Assembly (NCBI GenBank): GCA_044344255.1
Contig: JBIJDH010000005.1
Span: 297,669-361,668 of the forward strand
Source of the DNA: Myxococcota bacterium
Lineage (GTDB): Bacteria; Myxococcota_A; UBA796; UBA2385
Direction: 5' to 3'
Length of the DNA: 64,000 nucleotides
The translations under genes and the position numbers were made by a program. Under the pieces are notes generated by a model, which did not search any database, was not told the DNA's origin, and saw nothing but the letters and a program-made list of their open reading frames with translations. Below, in pieces: positions 30,297-39,222 of the stretch. Position 1 is the first letter of the stretch; each line of letters begins with the position of its first letter.

Positions 30297-30588
30297 CCTG
30301 CGGGTGGTGGGCATCCTGATGGGCACGGGGGCCTTCGCCCTCGGCACCACGGGGGTCTCGCTCTTCGGCTCCGGGGGCCTGAAGGGCCTCAAAGCCAACC
30401 CGATGGCGCTCCTCGGCCCGGTGCTGATCGTCTCGATCTACGGCGGCATGGGCGCCTCGTGCCCCTCGGCAAGCTCACCGCCACCTGCGGCGTCTGCGGC
30501 ACCGAGGCCCTGTTCCCGGCCCCCCTTGTCTCCGCCGAGCCCCACTCCCGCCACCACGAGCTCGCGATGGCCCACAAGCACAAGAGCG
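30297..30588 (+). pseudogene. Truncated, internally deleted paralogue of the 27860-28804 gene
   Basis: Near-identical to 28111-28273 joined to 28392-28526; 124-bp frameshifting deletion at a GCCTCG microhomology. Confidence 0.9.
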
Positions 30589-30622
30589 TTTTTCTCTCTG
30601 GAGAACCGGGACTTCAGCCCGC

Positions 30623-33600
30623 CTACCCGAGCGCCCGTCGTCGACGCCCGGCGACGAGGCCGAGGACGCCGAGGAGCGAGGCGGCGGCGCCCGCGGGGCC
30701 GCCTTGGGTTGTGCAGCCGCAGCCGGCCTTGCCCACGTCGCCGTCGGCCGCGCCATCTCCGCCCTCGCCACTGCCATCTCCCCCGCCGTCGCCGCTGTCG
30801 GCCTCGTCCGAGGCGCAGGTGCCGTCGGGGTCGACCGCTCCGTCACAGTCATTGTCGAGCTCATCGCAGAGCTCGGTGGCCTCGGGGCTGATCTCGTCGT
30901 CCTCGTCGTCACAGTCGAGCCCGTTGTCGACGAAGCCCTCCGGCTGGTCGCAGGCGACGACCCCGAGCTCGCTGCCGTAGCCGTCGCGGTCGGCGTCGGG
31001 GTACCAGGTGGGGGCGTCGACCGCCGCGGCGTCCACCCCGCCGTCGCAGTCGTCGTCGACCTCGTTACAGCGCTCTTCGGCGCCGGGGTTGACGGTGGGA
31101 TCGGCGTCGTCGCAGTCGCCGTCCAGGAGCGCGTAGAGCGGACCCGGATCGCAGGCAGACACGCTCTCTGCCGCCTCCCCGTAGCCGTCGGCGTCGGCGT
31201 CCAGCCAGGCCGTGAACTGCCCCTCGGCGCTGTCGTCCTCGTCGTCGGAGAGGCCGTCGCAGTCCTCGTCCTGGTTGATCTCGTCGCAGATCTCCTGGGC
31301 GGCCGGGTTGACGCGCGGATCGCTGTCCAGGCAGTCTTCACCCTGGCTCTGGACCGCGGCGTTCGCGAGCCCCTCGGTGGTGCAGCTCAGGTCGATGCTC
31401 TCGACGGTGTCCGAGGTGGCCCACCCGTCCGTGTCGGCGTCCGTATAACAGAGCTCCGTCCCGCTGCAGTCTTCGTCCAGCCCGTCTCCCGGGATCTCGG
31501 CGGCGAGGGGATAGACCCGCGCGTCGCCGTCGTCGCAGTCGCCGCCGATGGTCGCGCTGCCGGAGGGCAAGTCGCAGGCCGCGCTGAGCCAGGCGTCGTC
31601 TCCGTATCCGTCCCCGTCGGCGTCGAGCGGCCAGGTGCTCATGCCGGAGGGGTCGGCGGAGGGATCGGCGTCGTCGGAGAGCCCGTCGCAGTCTTCGTCG
31701 ACGTCGGCGGCGTCACAGAGCTCGGTGGCCGAGGGGCTGATGGCCGCGTCACCGTCGTCACAGTCTGTGCCGAGCTCGGTGAGGAGGCCCTCGGTCGGGT
31801 CGTCACAGTCGCTGTCGGCGGAGGTGGCGGTTGCAGGGCTCGAGGAGAGGTAGCCGTCGTCGTCTGCGTCGACATAGCACTCCTCCGATCCGTCGCAGTC
31901 CTCGTCGATGCCATCGGCCACGACCTCGGTGGCGCCGGGGCGGATGGAGGCCGCGCTGTCGTCGCAGTCGGTGGTGGGGTCTGTGCTCCGCCCCTCGGTG
32001 GCGTCTGTACAATCGGAGTCTGTGGAGGACAGGGTCGCGCCGCTGGTGTCGAGGTAGCCGTCGTCGTCGGCGTCCAGGTAGCAGAGCTCGGCGCCGTCGC
32101 AGTCTTCGTCTACCGCGTTCGCGACGATCTCGGGGGCACCCGGGTAGCGGGAGGCGTCGCTGTCCGCGCAGTCGGTGGTGAGATCGGCGCTGGTGCCCTC
32201 CCGGGCGTCCTGACAGTCGGTGTCCGCGGAGCTGCGCGTGTCTCGCGCGGTGTCGAGATAGCCGTCATCGTCATCATCGTCGTAGCAGGACTCCCCCCCG
32301 TCGCAATTCTGGTCGATCTCGTCGCCCGTGACCTCGGTGGCTCCGGGGCGGATGGCGGAGGAGGTGTCGTCGCAGTCTTTCTGCCCCGAGGTGGAGGTGC
32401 TCTCGTAGGCGTCGTTGCAGTCGGAGTCGACCGAGGTGACGGTGGTGGCCGCGGTGATGATGTAGCCGTCATCATCGGCGTCGAGGTAACAGACCTCTCC
32501 GCCGTCGCAGTCCTCGTCGTCGCCGTTCCCCACCGTCTCGGTGGCGCCGGGGTGGTCGCCGGCGTCGGTGTCGTCACAGTCGGTGGTGGGATCGGCGGCC
32601 TCTCCCTCCTTGGCGTCTCTGCAGTCGAGGTCTGTGGAGCTGCGCTTGTCGGCGGTGAGATCCAGGTAGCCGTCGTCGTCGTCGTCGTCCCAGCAGCTCT
32701 CCGAACCGTCACAGTTGTTGTCGATGCCATCATCTACGGTGTCGGTGACCCCTGGGTTGATCAATGCGTCATCGTCGTCGCAGTCGCGCAGGGAGGCCGA
32801 CACCCCGGAGCCGCGGAAGTAGCCGTCCCCGTCGGTGTCGGCGGAGCCGTAATAGACGGCGGCGTAGCCGTTGCCGCTGGTCGCGCAGTAGGCGCCGGCG
32901 AGGATGTCGTCGAGACCATCTCCGTTCACGTCACCGCCACCGGAGACTGAGTAGCCGAGGCAGGAGGTAGAGGACCCGGAGACGGTGCCGAGGTAGTCCG
33001 TGGACAGCCCGACCGCGGAGCCCGCGTAGGTGCGGACGAGGCCGAAGCTCGCCGAGTACAGGTAGCCGCCGACGACGACATCGTCGTAGCCGTCGTCGTT
33101 CATGTCGCCCGCGGCGCCGACGGAGAAGCCGAAGTCGGAGGTGCCGGGCCCGCTCACGGTGATGGCGGCGGTGGCCCCGAGGCCGGAGGCTGAACCGTGA
33201 AAGACCTGGGCCTGTCCGGTGTAGGCGCTGGTGCCCCACGCGCCGATGATCACGTCGTCATAGCCGTCTCCGTCCACGTCGCCGGCCCCGGCGACCGAGG
33301 CCCCGTAACGCTGGAGGGCGGCGGTGCCGGAGAGCTGGAGGGCGGCGGTGGCCGAGAGGCCAGAGGCGGAGCCGTGATAGACCTCGACGTAGCCGGTGGT
33401 GCTGCCATAGGTGGGCGCGCCGACGATGAGGTCGTCGTAGCCGTCCTGGTTCACGTCTCCGGCCGCGGCCACATCGGCGCCGAAGGAGGCGCCGCTCCCC
33501 GCGCCGCCGAGGATGCGGGCGGCGGTGGTGGAGAGGCCGGTGTAGGCGCCGTGATAGACGTAAGCCGCGCCCACGTTGTTGGGGCTGTCTGCGGCGAGCG

Positions 33601-34816
33601 CGCCGACGACGACGTCGCTGAACCCATCCCCGTTGACGTCGCCCGCGGAGGAGACGGCGGCGCCGAATTGCCCCGCGGCGGACACACCGGTGAGGGTGGC
33701 CGCGGCGAGGCTGCTGAGGCCGGTGGAGGAGCCATGGTAGAGGTACGCCGCCCCGGTGCTGCTGCTCACCCCGTCGGCGCCGACGATGAGGTCATCGAAG
33801 CCGTCCCCGTTCACGTCGCCCGCTCCGGCGACGGAGCGCCCGAAATAGAGCTGGGTGCTCGCGCCCGTGAGGGTGAGGGCCGCCGAGGTGGACAGACCGG
33901 CGATAGCGCCGTGGTAGATGTAGACCCGCCCGGTGTTGGTGCTGTAGGCGGGCGCGCTCACCGCGACGTCGTCGAAGCCGTCGAAATTGAGGTCACCGAC
34001 CATCGAGACCGAGGTGCCGTAGTTGCTGGCCCCGCTGCCGGACTGGCTCCAGCCGGTGGTGTAGGTGATGGGGTCGACATGGATGGGCCAGCGAGCGCCG
34101 GTGTCATCGATCCGGACCTGGAGGCCCCCTTCGTTCGCCTCCATCCAGGCGGGGAGCGTGACGCCGTCGTCGTCCCAGGCGACGAGCCCCTCGAGGACGA
34201 ATTCGTGGTCGGGGGCGACGAGCGACATCGCGCCCGGAGCGGCCCCGGGGGTGACCTCGGCGCCCTCGACCTCCAGCAGGATGGAGAGGGGGCCGCCGCC
34301 CGGGGGTGAGCGGGTGAGCTCCCACCCCACCTGCACTCGACCCGGCGTGCTCGACCACCACTCGGTGATCCCGTCTCCCGCTCGTTCCGCGCGGCGAACA
34401 CAGGCGCCCTCCGCGTCCAAGGCCCCGCTGGGCTCGCAGGCCCCCCAGCGAGCGGGCATCGGCGCCCGGCGGGGGACGGGGGAGCCCCGGCTGAGGCCGC
34501 GGCTGTGGAGCCCGACCCGATCCTCCCCCGCGCTGAGCCAGACCCCGCCGCCCTGGACCTCAACGCCCATCCCCATCAGGGGCTGCTGGGCCACGAAGCC
34601 CTCCCCCGCGGCCTGGAAGGCCACCGCCTCCGCCTCGAGCCGCCGCCCCACCTCGGCGGACCATGCACCGCCGGCCGTGTCTCCGCCGACGGTGTTCCCG
34701 CCGCTGGTGTCCCCGCCGACGGTGTCTCCGTCGACGGCGTCGAGCGGACCGCCGCAGGCGGCCAGCAAGAGGAGAGAGGTGGGGAGGAGGGAGGTGTTAC
34801 GGTCGCGACGAGTCAT
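30623..34816 (-). CDS. Large surface protein: FG-GAP/integrin-alpha beta-propeller, DCDD metal-binding repeats and MYXO-CTERM-like tail
   Basis: Lipobox-like LAAC; seven GDxNxDGxxDxxVGA-type repeats; many DCDD..PGA.E repeats; GCGC + TM + RRRR. Confidence 0.9.
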   Translation of the reverse strand: MTRRDRNTSLLPTSLLLLAACGGPLDAVDGDTVGGDTSGGNTVGGDTAGGAWSAEVGRRLEAEAVAFQAAGEGFVAQQPLMGMGVEVQGGGVWLSAGEDRVGLHSRGLSRGSPVPRRAPMPARWGACEPSGALDAEGACVRRAERAGDGITEWWSSTPGRVQVGWELTRSPPGGGPLSILLEVEGAEVTPGAAPGAMSLVAPDHEFVLEGLVAWDDDGVTLPAWMEANEGGLQVRIDDTGARWPIHVDPITYTTGWSQSGSGASNYGTSVSMVGDLNFDGFDDVAVSAPAYSTNTGRVYIYHGAIAGLSTSAALTLTGASTQLYFGRSVAGAGDVNGDGFDDLIVGADGVSSSTGAAYLYHGSSTGLSSLAAATLTGVSAAGQFGAAVSSAGDVNGDGFSDVVVGALAADSPNNVGAAYVYHGAYTGLSTTAARILGGAGSGASFGADVAAAGDVNQDGYDDLIVGAPTYGSTTGYVEVYHGSASGLSATAALQLSGTAALQRYGASVAGAGDVDGDGYDDVIIGAWGTSAYTGQAQVFHGSASGLGATAAITVSGPGTSDFGFSVGAAGDMNDDGYDDVVVGGYLYSASFGLVRTYAGSAVGLSTDYLGTVSGSSTSCLGYSVSGGGDVNGDGLDDILAGAYCATSGNGYAAVYYGSADTDGDGYFRGSGVSASLRDCDDDDALINPGVTDTVDDGIDNNCDGSESCWDDDDDDGYLDLTADKRSSTDLDCRDAKEGEAADPTTDCDDTDAGDHPGATETVGNGDDEDCDGGEVCYLDADDDGYIITAATTVTSVDSDCNDAYESTSTSGQKDCDDTSSAIRPGATEVTGDEIDQNCDGGESCYDDDDDDGYLDTARDTRSSADTDCQDAREGTSADLTTDCADSDASRYPGAPEIVANAVDEDCDGAELCYLDADDDGYLDTSGATLSSTDSDCTDATEGRSTDPTTDCDDSAASIRPGATEVVADGIDEDCDGSEECYVDADDDGYLSSSPATATSADSDCDDPTEGLLTELGTDCDDGDAAISPSATELCDAADVDEDCDGLSDDADPSADPSGMSTWPLDADGDGYGDDAWLSAACDLPSGSATIGGDCDDGDARVYPLAAEIPGDGLDEDCSGTELCYTDADTDGWATSDTVESIDLSCTTEGLANAAVQSQGEDCLDSDPRVNPAAQEICDEINQDEDCDGLSDDEDDSAEGQFTAWLDADADGYGEAAESVSACDPGPLYALLDGDCDDADPTVNPGAEERCNEVDDDCDGGVDAAAVDAPTWYPDADRDGYGSELGVVACDQPEGFVDNGLDCDDEDDEISPEATELCDELDNDCDGAVDPDGTCASDEADSGDGGGDGSGEGGDGAADGDVGKAGCGCTTQGGPAGAAASLLGVLGLVAGRRRRALG

Positions 34817-34948
34817 TTCGCGAGCATAGCAGAGCGCGGAGACCGTGTGGGATGCGCCCCGATGTTCCGCGCTCTATTTTCTGTGTTGTACGTGCTGTTT
34901 CCCGCGTTGTGGACAGGCCGCAGACCGACTGACGCCGAGCGGTGGGCC

Positions 34949-35893
34949 TCAGGGAACGCGACACCAATCGGGGAAGTCACTCGGGAGGCCGCTCGTGTAG
35001 GCCTCGGTGACGCCCATCGGGTGGTCCTCGAAGAAGCGCCAGGCATAAGCGCCCGCTCCGGGCGGGATGGTGTGCCCGTTGTCGTGCTCACACTCGACGA
35101 CGAAGCTGCCATCGGCTTGGAGCTCTGTGGAGAAGTAGGTGCTGGAGTCGTCGAAGGAGAAGCCCGAGTAGGTGTCGGAGGGGCCGCCCCAGGTCACGAG
35201 GACCGGCAGGGGCCAGGCCGGTGACTCATAGGCCCCCGCTTGGGTGCCGCCGGAGAAGGGCGCGGTCGCGGCCAGCCACTCGGCCTCGTACATCGTGAGG
35301 TACGTGGTCCAGAGGCCACCGGCGCTCATGCCAATCGCGTAGACCCGGTCGGTGTCGATGGCGTATTGCTGCCCCACACAGGCGAGGAGGTCTTCGAAGA
35401 GCAGGAGGTCGGGGTTGCCTGCCGGGGCGTCGAGGAAGTGCCACTCGTAAGCGTAGCCGTCAGACTGGGGGGCGATGACGATGGCGCCGTGTTCGTCGGC
35501 GTAAGCCTCGAGGTCGAGGTAGCGGATCGCCTGCTTGGCGTTCCCGCCGAGCCAGTGCCAGCCGAAGACGACAGGGGCGCCCACGGGGTCAGCGGGGAGG
35601 ACGACCTCGAAGCTCCGCGTCGTGTCCCCCGTGGGGAAGTCGGAGTTGGTGCCGTCCACGATCGCGGGGCAGGTGCCCGCCGAGTAGGGGGGGAGGACGA
35701 GGTCACCGCCGTCGCCGCCGTCGCCGCCGTCGCCGCCGTCGCCGCCGGTGTCGCCTTCCGCGCCGTCGGCGCCGTCGCCAGAGCCACCGTCTGCGCCGTC
35801 GTCGCTGGACTTGCCACCCTCGGCGCCGCAGGCCGCGAGCAGACCGAGGGCGAGCAGGGTGACGGGGATCAAGGGATGCGCGGGGCGGTGCAT
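34949..35893 (-). CDS. Alpha/beta-hydrolase lipoprotein (PHB depolymerase/LpqP-like esterase)
   Basis: Lipobox LAAC; PVVFGWH, IDTDRVYAIGMSAGG nucleophile elbow, GH. Confidence 0.85.
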   Translation of the reverse strand: MHRPAHPLIPVTLLALGLLAACGAEGGKSSDDGADGGSGDGADGAEGDTGGDGGDGGDGGDGGDLVLPPYSAGTCPAIVDGTNSDFPTGDTTRSFEVVLPADPVGAPVVFGWHWLGGNAKQAIRYLDLEAYADEHGAIVIAPQSDGYAYEWHFLDAPAGNPDLLLFEDLLACVGQQYAIDTDRVYAIGMSAGGLWTTYLTMYEAEWLAATAPFSGGTQAGAYESPAWPLPVLVTWGGPSDTYSGFSFDDSSTYFSTELQADGSFVVECEHDNGHTIPPGAGAYAWRFFEDHPMGVTEAYTSGLPSDFPDWCRVP

Positions 35894-35943
35894 GGGGAGG
35901 CTCCGGAAGGTGAAGGGGTCTACCGCGGTCTGTGGCCGGCGGC

Positions 35944-36567
35944 TCACCGCCGGAGACCGAGGAGGCGCGACAGCCAGCCGAACAGCGCGGTGACGAGGCG
36001 AACGAGGAGGCCGCGGGGCGCGCGGGGGGTGCGGGTCGCGCGGGTCGGGCGGGTCGGGCGGGGGGCCTTGGTCTCCTGGCGGGGGGCCTTGGTCTCCTCG
36101 CGGAGGGCGAGCGCCAGCGCGTCGTGGAGGTCGCGCCGGAGGATGAGGCCCATCGCCGGCTCGGGGCGGGCCTCGGTCTCTCCGCTGGTGCCGACCAGGA
36201 TGAGCTCGGGGTGGCGCTCGAGGAACTCGAAGAAGATCTCGCGCAGCACGCCCTGTCCCTTGCCGAACCAGACCACCGACAGGGGCTCGGTGCACGTCAA
36301 CAGGGCCTGCTTGGCCTCTCGGGCCCGCATCCCGTGGAGGTCGAGGAGCTGCACCTCGACCGCCGTGGCGCCGGCCCGCGCGAGCGCCGCGGTGAGGACA
36401 GGGCCGGCGTGCCCGAGGAGGTCGCGGACCTGCAGCACCCGATCCTCCTGACGCTCCACCTCGAGCGCATACGCGAGGTGCTCGAGCAGCGGCTCGCAGG
36501 CGTGGGTGACCGCTCGGTTGGCGACCGGGCGCGCCCCAGCGCGGGAGGGGGGACGCCGCGGGGCCAC
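35944..36567 (-). CDS. Smr (small MutS-related)-domain protein with amphipathic C-terminal helix
   Basis: LDLHGM..EA and FGKGQGVLR motifs; GTG start 3 bp after the helicase stop (start uncertain). Confidence 0.6.
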   Translation of the reverse strand: MAPRRPPSRAGARPVANRAVTHACEPLLEHLAYALEVERQEDRVLQVRDLLGHAGPVLTAALARAGATAVEVQLLDLHGMRAREAKQALLTCTEPLSVVWFGKGQGVLREIFFEFLERHPELILVGTSGETEARPEPAMGLILRRDLHDALALALREETKAPRQETKAPRPTRPTRATRTPRAPRGLLVRLVTALFGWLSRLLGLRR

Positions 36568-36570
36568 CGA

Positions 36571-39162
36571 TCAGTCCCCGATGCGGGTGAGCTCGACGAG
36601 CGGGCCGTCGGGGTTGGTGTTCTCCCGAAGGTCTATCCGCCCCTCGATCGACCAGGCGCAGACCTCCTCGTCGTGCCCGCGCTCATCGCCCTCCTCCCAA
36701 TTGGCGGTCTCCCAGTCGGCGGCCGCCTGCTGCCGGGGGGTGAGGACCTGAATGACCGTCCACTGGTGGGGGCCGGCGGGCTGAAGGACGGTCTTCCCAG
36801 CGAGGCGGGCCCGGTGGTCAAAGGCGAGCTCCCCGTGCTCCTCGAAGAAGGGCTGCAGCGCCGCCTCGAGCTCGTCGGGACCCCAGGGGCCCTCCTCATC
36901 GCGGCGGAGGCTCGCGGCGGCCTCGGCCCAGTCCTGGCGGGACAGGGCCCGGAGCAGGGCGTGGAGCTCGGCGCGGACCCGGGCGGCGAAGGCCCGCGGG
37001 TTGGCGGAGATGTCGAGGGGCGGCGCCACGGCGGTGGCCTTGGCGTCCTGTCCGGAGAGCAGCGTCTCCCATTCGGTGAGCAGACTCGAGTCGACCACCC
37101 CGACCGTGGCCCGAAGATAGGCGATGGCCTCCTCCATGGCGTCGGTCTTGGCCTCGGCGGGCACGTTCTGGACGAGGGCCTTGTAGGCGTCGGTGAGGTA
37201 GCGGAGGAGCACCCCCTCGGAGCGCTCCAATCGGAGGTCCTTCACGTACTCGGCGAAGGAGATGTGCGTCTCTACCATCTCGCGGACCACGGACTTCGGG
37301 CGGATGGCCTCGCCGCTGATCCAGGGGTGCTTCTCGGCGTAAGCGTTGAAGAAGGCGTAGATCTCCTCGGCGTTGGGCTTCGGCCAGCTCACGTCTTCGA
37401 GGGCGGCCTGTCGGTCCTCATAGGGCACGCCCTCGGCCTTGAGCGCGTTGATGATGGCGAAGCGCTCCCGGTTGGCCTGCTGATAGAGCACCGGCCGCGG
37501 GTGCTCGAGGATGGCCTCCACCCAGGTGATGGCGTCCAAGGGGTAGGTGGGCGAGGTGCGGTCGAGGGTGGACAGGGCGCCGAGCAGGAACAGCGACAGG
37601 GAGTGATGCAGCGAGAAGTCGCGCTGGAGGTTCGGGTCGAGCAGGATCCGCTCTTCGGAGCGGATGGCCACGCCAGCCACCAGCAGGCCGTCGAGCATCC
37701 GCTGGGCGGTGACCTTGAGGTCGGTCTTCTCTTTTGCCGTGGCGTGGGAGCGATCGATGAGCTCAATCAGGGCCGCGTAGCCCGGCGTGGCGTCGCCGGA
37801 CTGGTCTTGGGCGTGCTGGAGCAGCGAGAGGAGGCGCCCGTGGTCTACGGTGAAGCGGGCCTCCAGGGCCTCGGGCGGCTTGTCGACGAGGCCCTTGAAG
37901 GTCTCTTCGTCCCAGTGTTTGTAGCCCTTCTGCGGGGGCTTCGCGCGGACGATCTTGCGGCGCTTCTTGGGATCGGTGACCTTCTCATCGATCCGCGCGT
38001 TCTCGATGATGTGCTCGGGGGCTTGCGCGACGACGTAGCCGACCTTGTCGTAGCCAGCGCGGCCGGCTCTCCCGGCGATCTGCTTGAAGTCGCGGATCCG
38101 GAGGATGTCGACCTTCTCACCGTCAAACTTGCAGAGCTGCGTGAACAGAACGGTGCGGATGGGGACGTTGATGCCGACCCCGAGGGTGTCTGTACCGCAG
38201 ATGATCTTCAACAGTCCTTGCTGGGCCAACCGCTCACAGAGGAGGCGGTACCGCGGGAGCAGCCCCGCGTGGTGCAGGCCGATGCCGTGCGTGAGGTACC
38301 GCCGCATCGTCGCGCCGAAGGGGCTGTGGAAGCGGAAGCCGTGGATGGCGTCGATGATGGCGCGCTTCTCCTCCTTCGAGCAGTAGTCGACGCTGGTCAG
38401 GGCCTGGGCCTGCTCGGTCGCGTCCTGCTGGGTGAAGTGGACGACATAGACCGGGGCCTGGGCGGAGCGGACGAGCTCGGCCAGCGCCTCGTGAATGGGG
38501 CGCATCGAGTAGGAGAATTCGAGCGGCACAGGACGCTTCGCCCCGCGGACCTCCACCACCTTACGCCCGGTGCGGAGCTCGAGGTCCTCGCGGATGTGGC
38601 TCGTGTCGCCGAGGGTGGCCGACATGAGGAGGAAGCTGGCCCGCGGCAGGGTGAGCAGCGGGATCTGCCAGGCCATCCCGCGGTCGCGATCGGCGTAGTA
38701 GTGGAATTCGTCCATCACCACGCTGCCGACCGGCGCGCCCTCGCCCTCTCGCAGCGCGAGGTTGGCCAGGATCTCCGCCGTGCAGCAGATGATCGGGGCG
38801 TCTCGGTTCACAGAGCCGTCGCCGGTCATCATGCCGACGTGCTCGGCGCCGAAGATGGCACACAGGGCGAAGAACTTCTCGCTCACCAGCGCCTTGATGG
38901 GGGCGGTGTACCAGCTCCGGCTCAGGTCGACGAAGGTCTTGAAGTGCTGGGCGATGGCGACGAGGGACTTCCCGGAGCCCGTGGGCGCGTCGAGCACCAC
39001 GTGATTCCCGGCGAAGATCTCGAGGATCGCCTCTTCCTGGTGCGAATAGAGCTGCAGCCCCGACTCGGCGACCCAGCCGAGGAAGACCTCGAGGGCGTCG
39101 TCGGGGTGCTTGAAGCCCCGCTCGGGGATGCGGGTGTCGAGGCGGAGGGGGGCCGTCGCCAT
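36571..39162 (-). CDS. Ski2-like DEAD/DEAH-box RNA helicase, DUF3516-type C-terminus
   Basis: APTGSGKS, PIKALVSEK, DEFH, SAT, TDTLGVGINVP, QIAGRAGR; RSEGVLLRYLTDAYKAL in the C-terminal region. Confidence 0.92.
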   Translation of the reverse strand: MATAPLRLDTRIPERGFKHPDDALEVFLGWVAESGLQLYSHQEEAILEIFAGNHVVLDAPTGSGKSLVAIAQHFKTFVDLSRSWYTAPIKALVSEKFFALCAIFGAEHVGMMTGDGSVNRDAPIICCTAEILANLALREGEGAPVGSVVMDEFHYYADRDRGMAWQIPLLTLPRASFLLMSATLGDTSHIREDLELRTGRKVVEVRGAKRPVPLEFSYSMRPIHEALAELVRSAQAPVYVVHFTQQDATEQAQALTSVDYCSKEEKRAIIDAIHGFRFHSPFGATMRRYLTHGIGLHHAGLLPRYRLLCERLAQQGLLKIICGTDTLGVGINVPIRTVLFTQLCKFDGEKVDILRIRDFKQIAGRAGRAGYDKVGYVVAQAPEHIIENARIDEKVTDPKKRRKIVRAKPPQKGYKHWDEETFKGLVDKPPEALEARFTVDHGRLLSLLQHAQDQSGDATPGYAALIELIDRSHATAKEKTDLKVTAQRMLDGLLVAGVAIRSEERILLDPNLQRDFSLHHSLSLFLLGALSTLDRTSPTYPLDAITWVEAILEHPRPVLYQQANRERFAIINALKAEGVPYEDRQAALEDVSWPKPNAEEIYAFFNAYAEKHPWISGEAIRPKSVVREMVETHISFAEYVKDLRLERSEGVLLRYLTDAYKALVQNVPAEAKTDAMEEAIAYLRATVGVVDSSLLTEWETLLSGQDAKATAVAPPLDISANPRAFAARVRAELHALLRALSRQDWAEAAASLRRDEEGPWGPDELEAALQPFFEEHGELAFDHRARLAGKTVLQPAGPHQWTVIQVLTPRQQAAADWETANWEEGDERGHDEEVCAWSIEGRIDLRENTNPDGPLVELTRIGD

Positions 39163-39222
39163 GAGGGGCCTCTGGACCCTGGGGCGGTCCGGGGTGTGCG
39201 CTCGCTGCGCCGTCCGACCGGT

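Noticed and set aside
28111..30588. Diverged repeat pair as a DGR template/variable repeat
   Set aside because: Substitutions are not adenine-specific and no reverse transcriptase is present in the window.
34862..34930. AT-rich patch reading MFRALFSVLYVLFPALW and a TGTGGACAG DnaA-box-like word
   Set aside because: The ORF runs antisense into the esterase gene and the patch is better explained as promoter DNA; a single two-mismatch box is not an origin.
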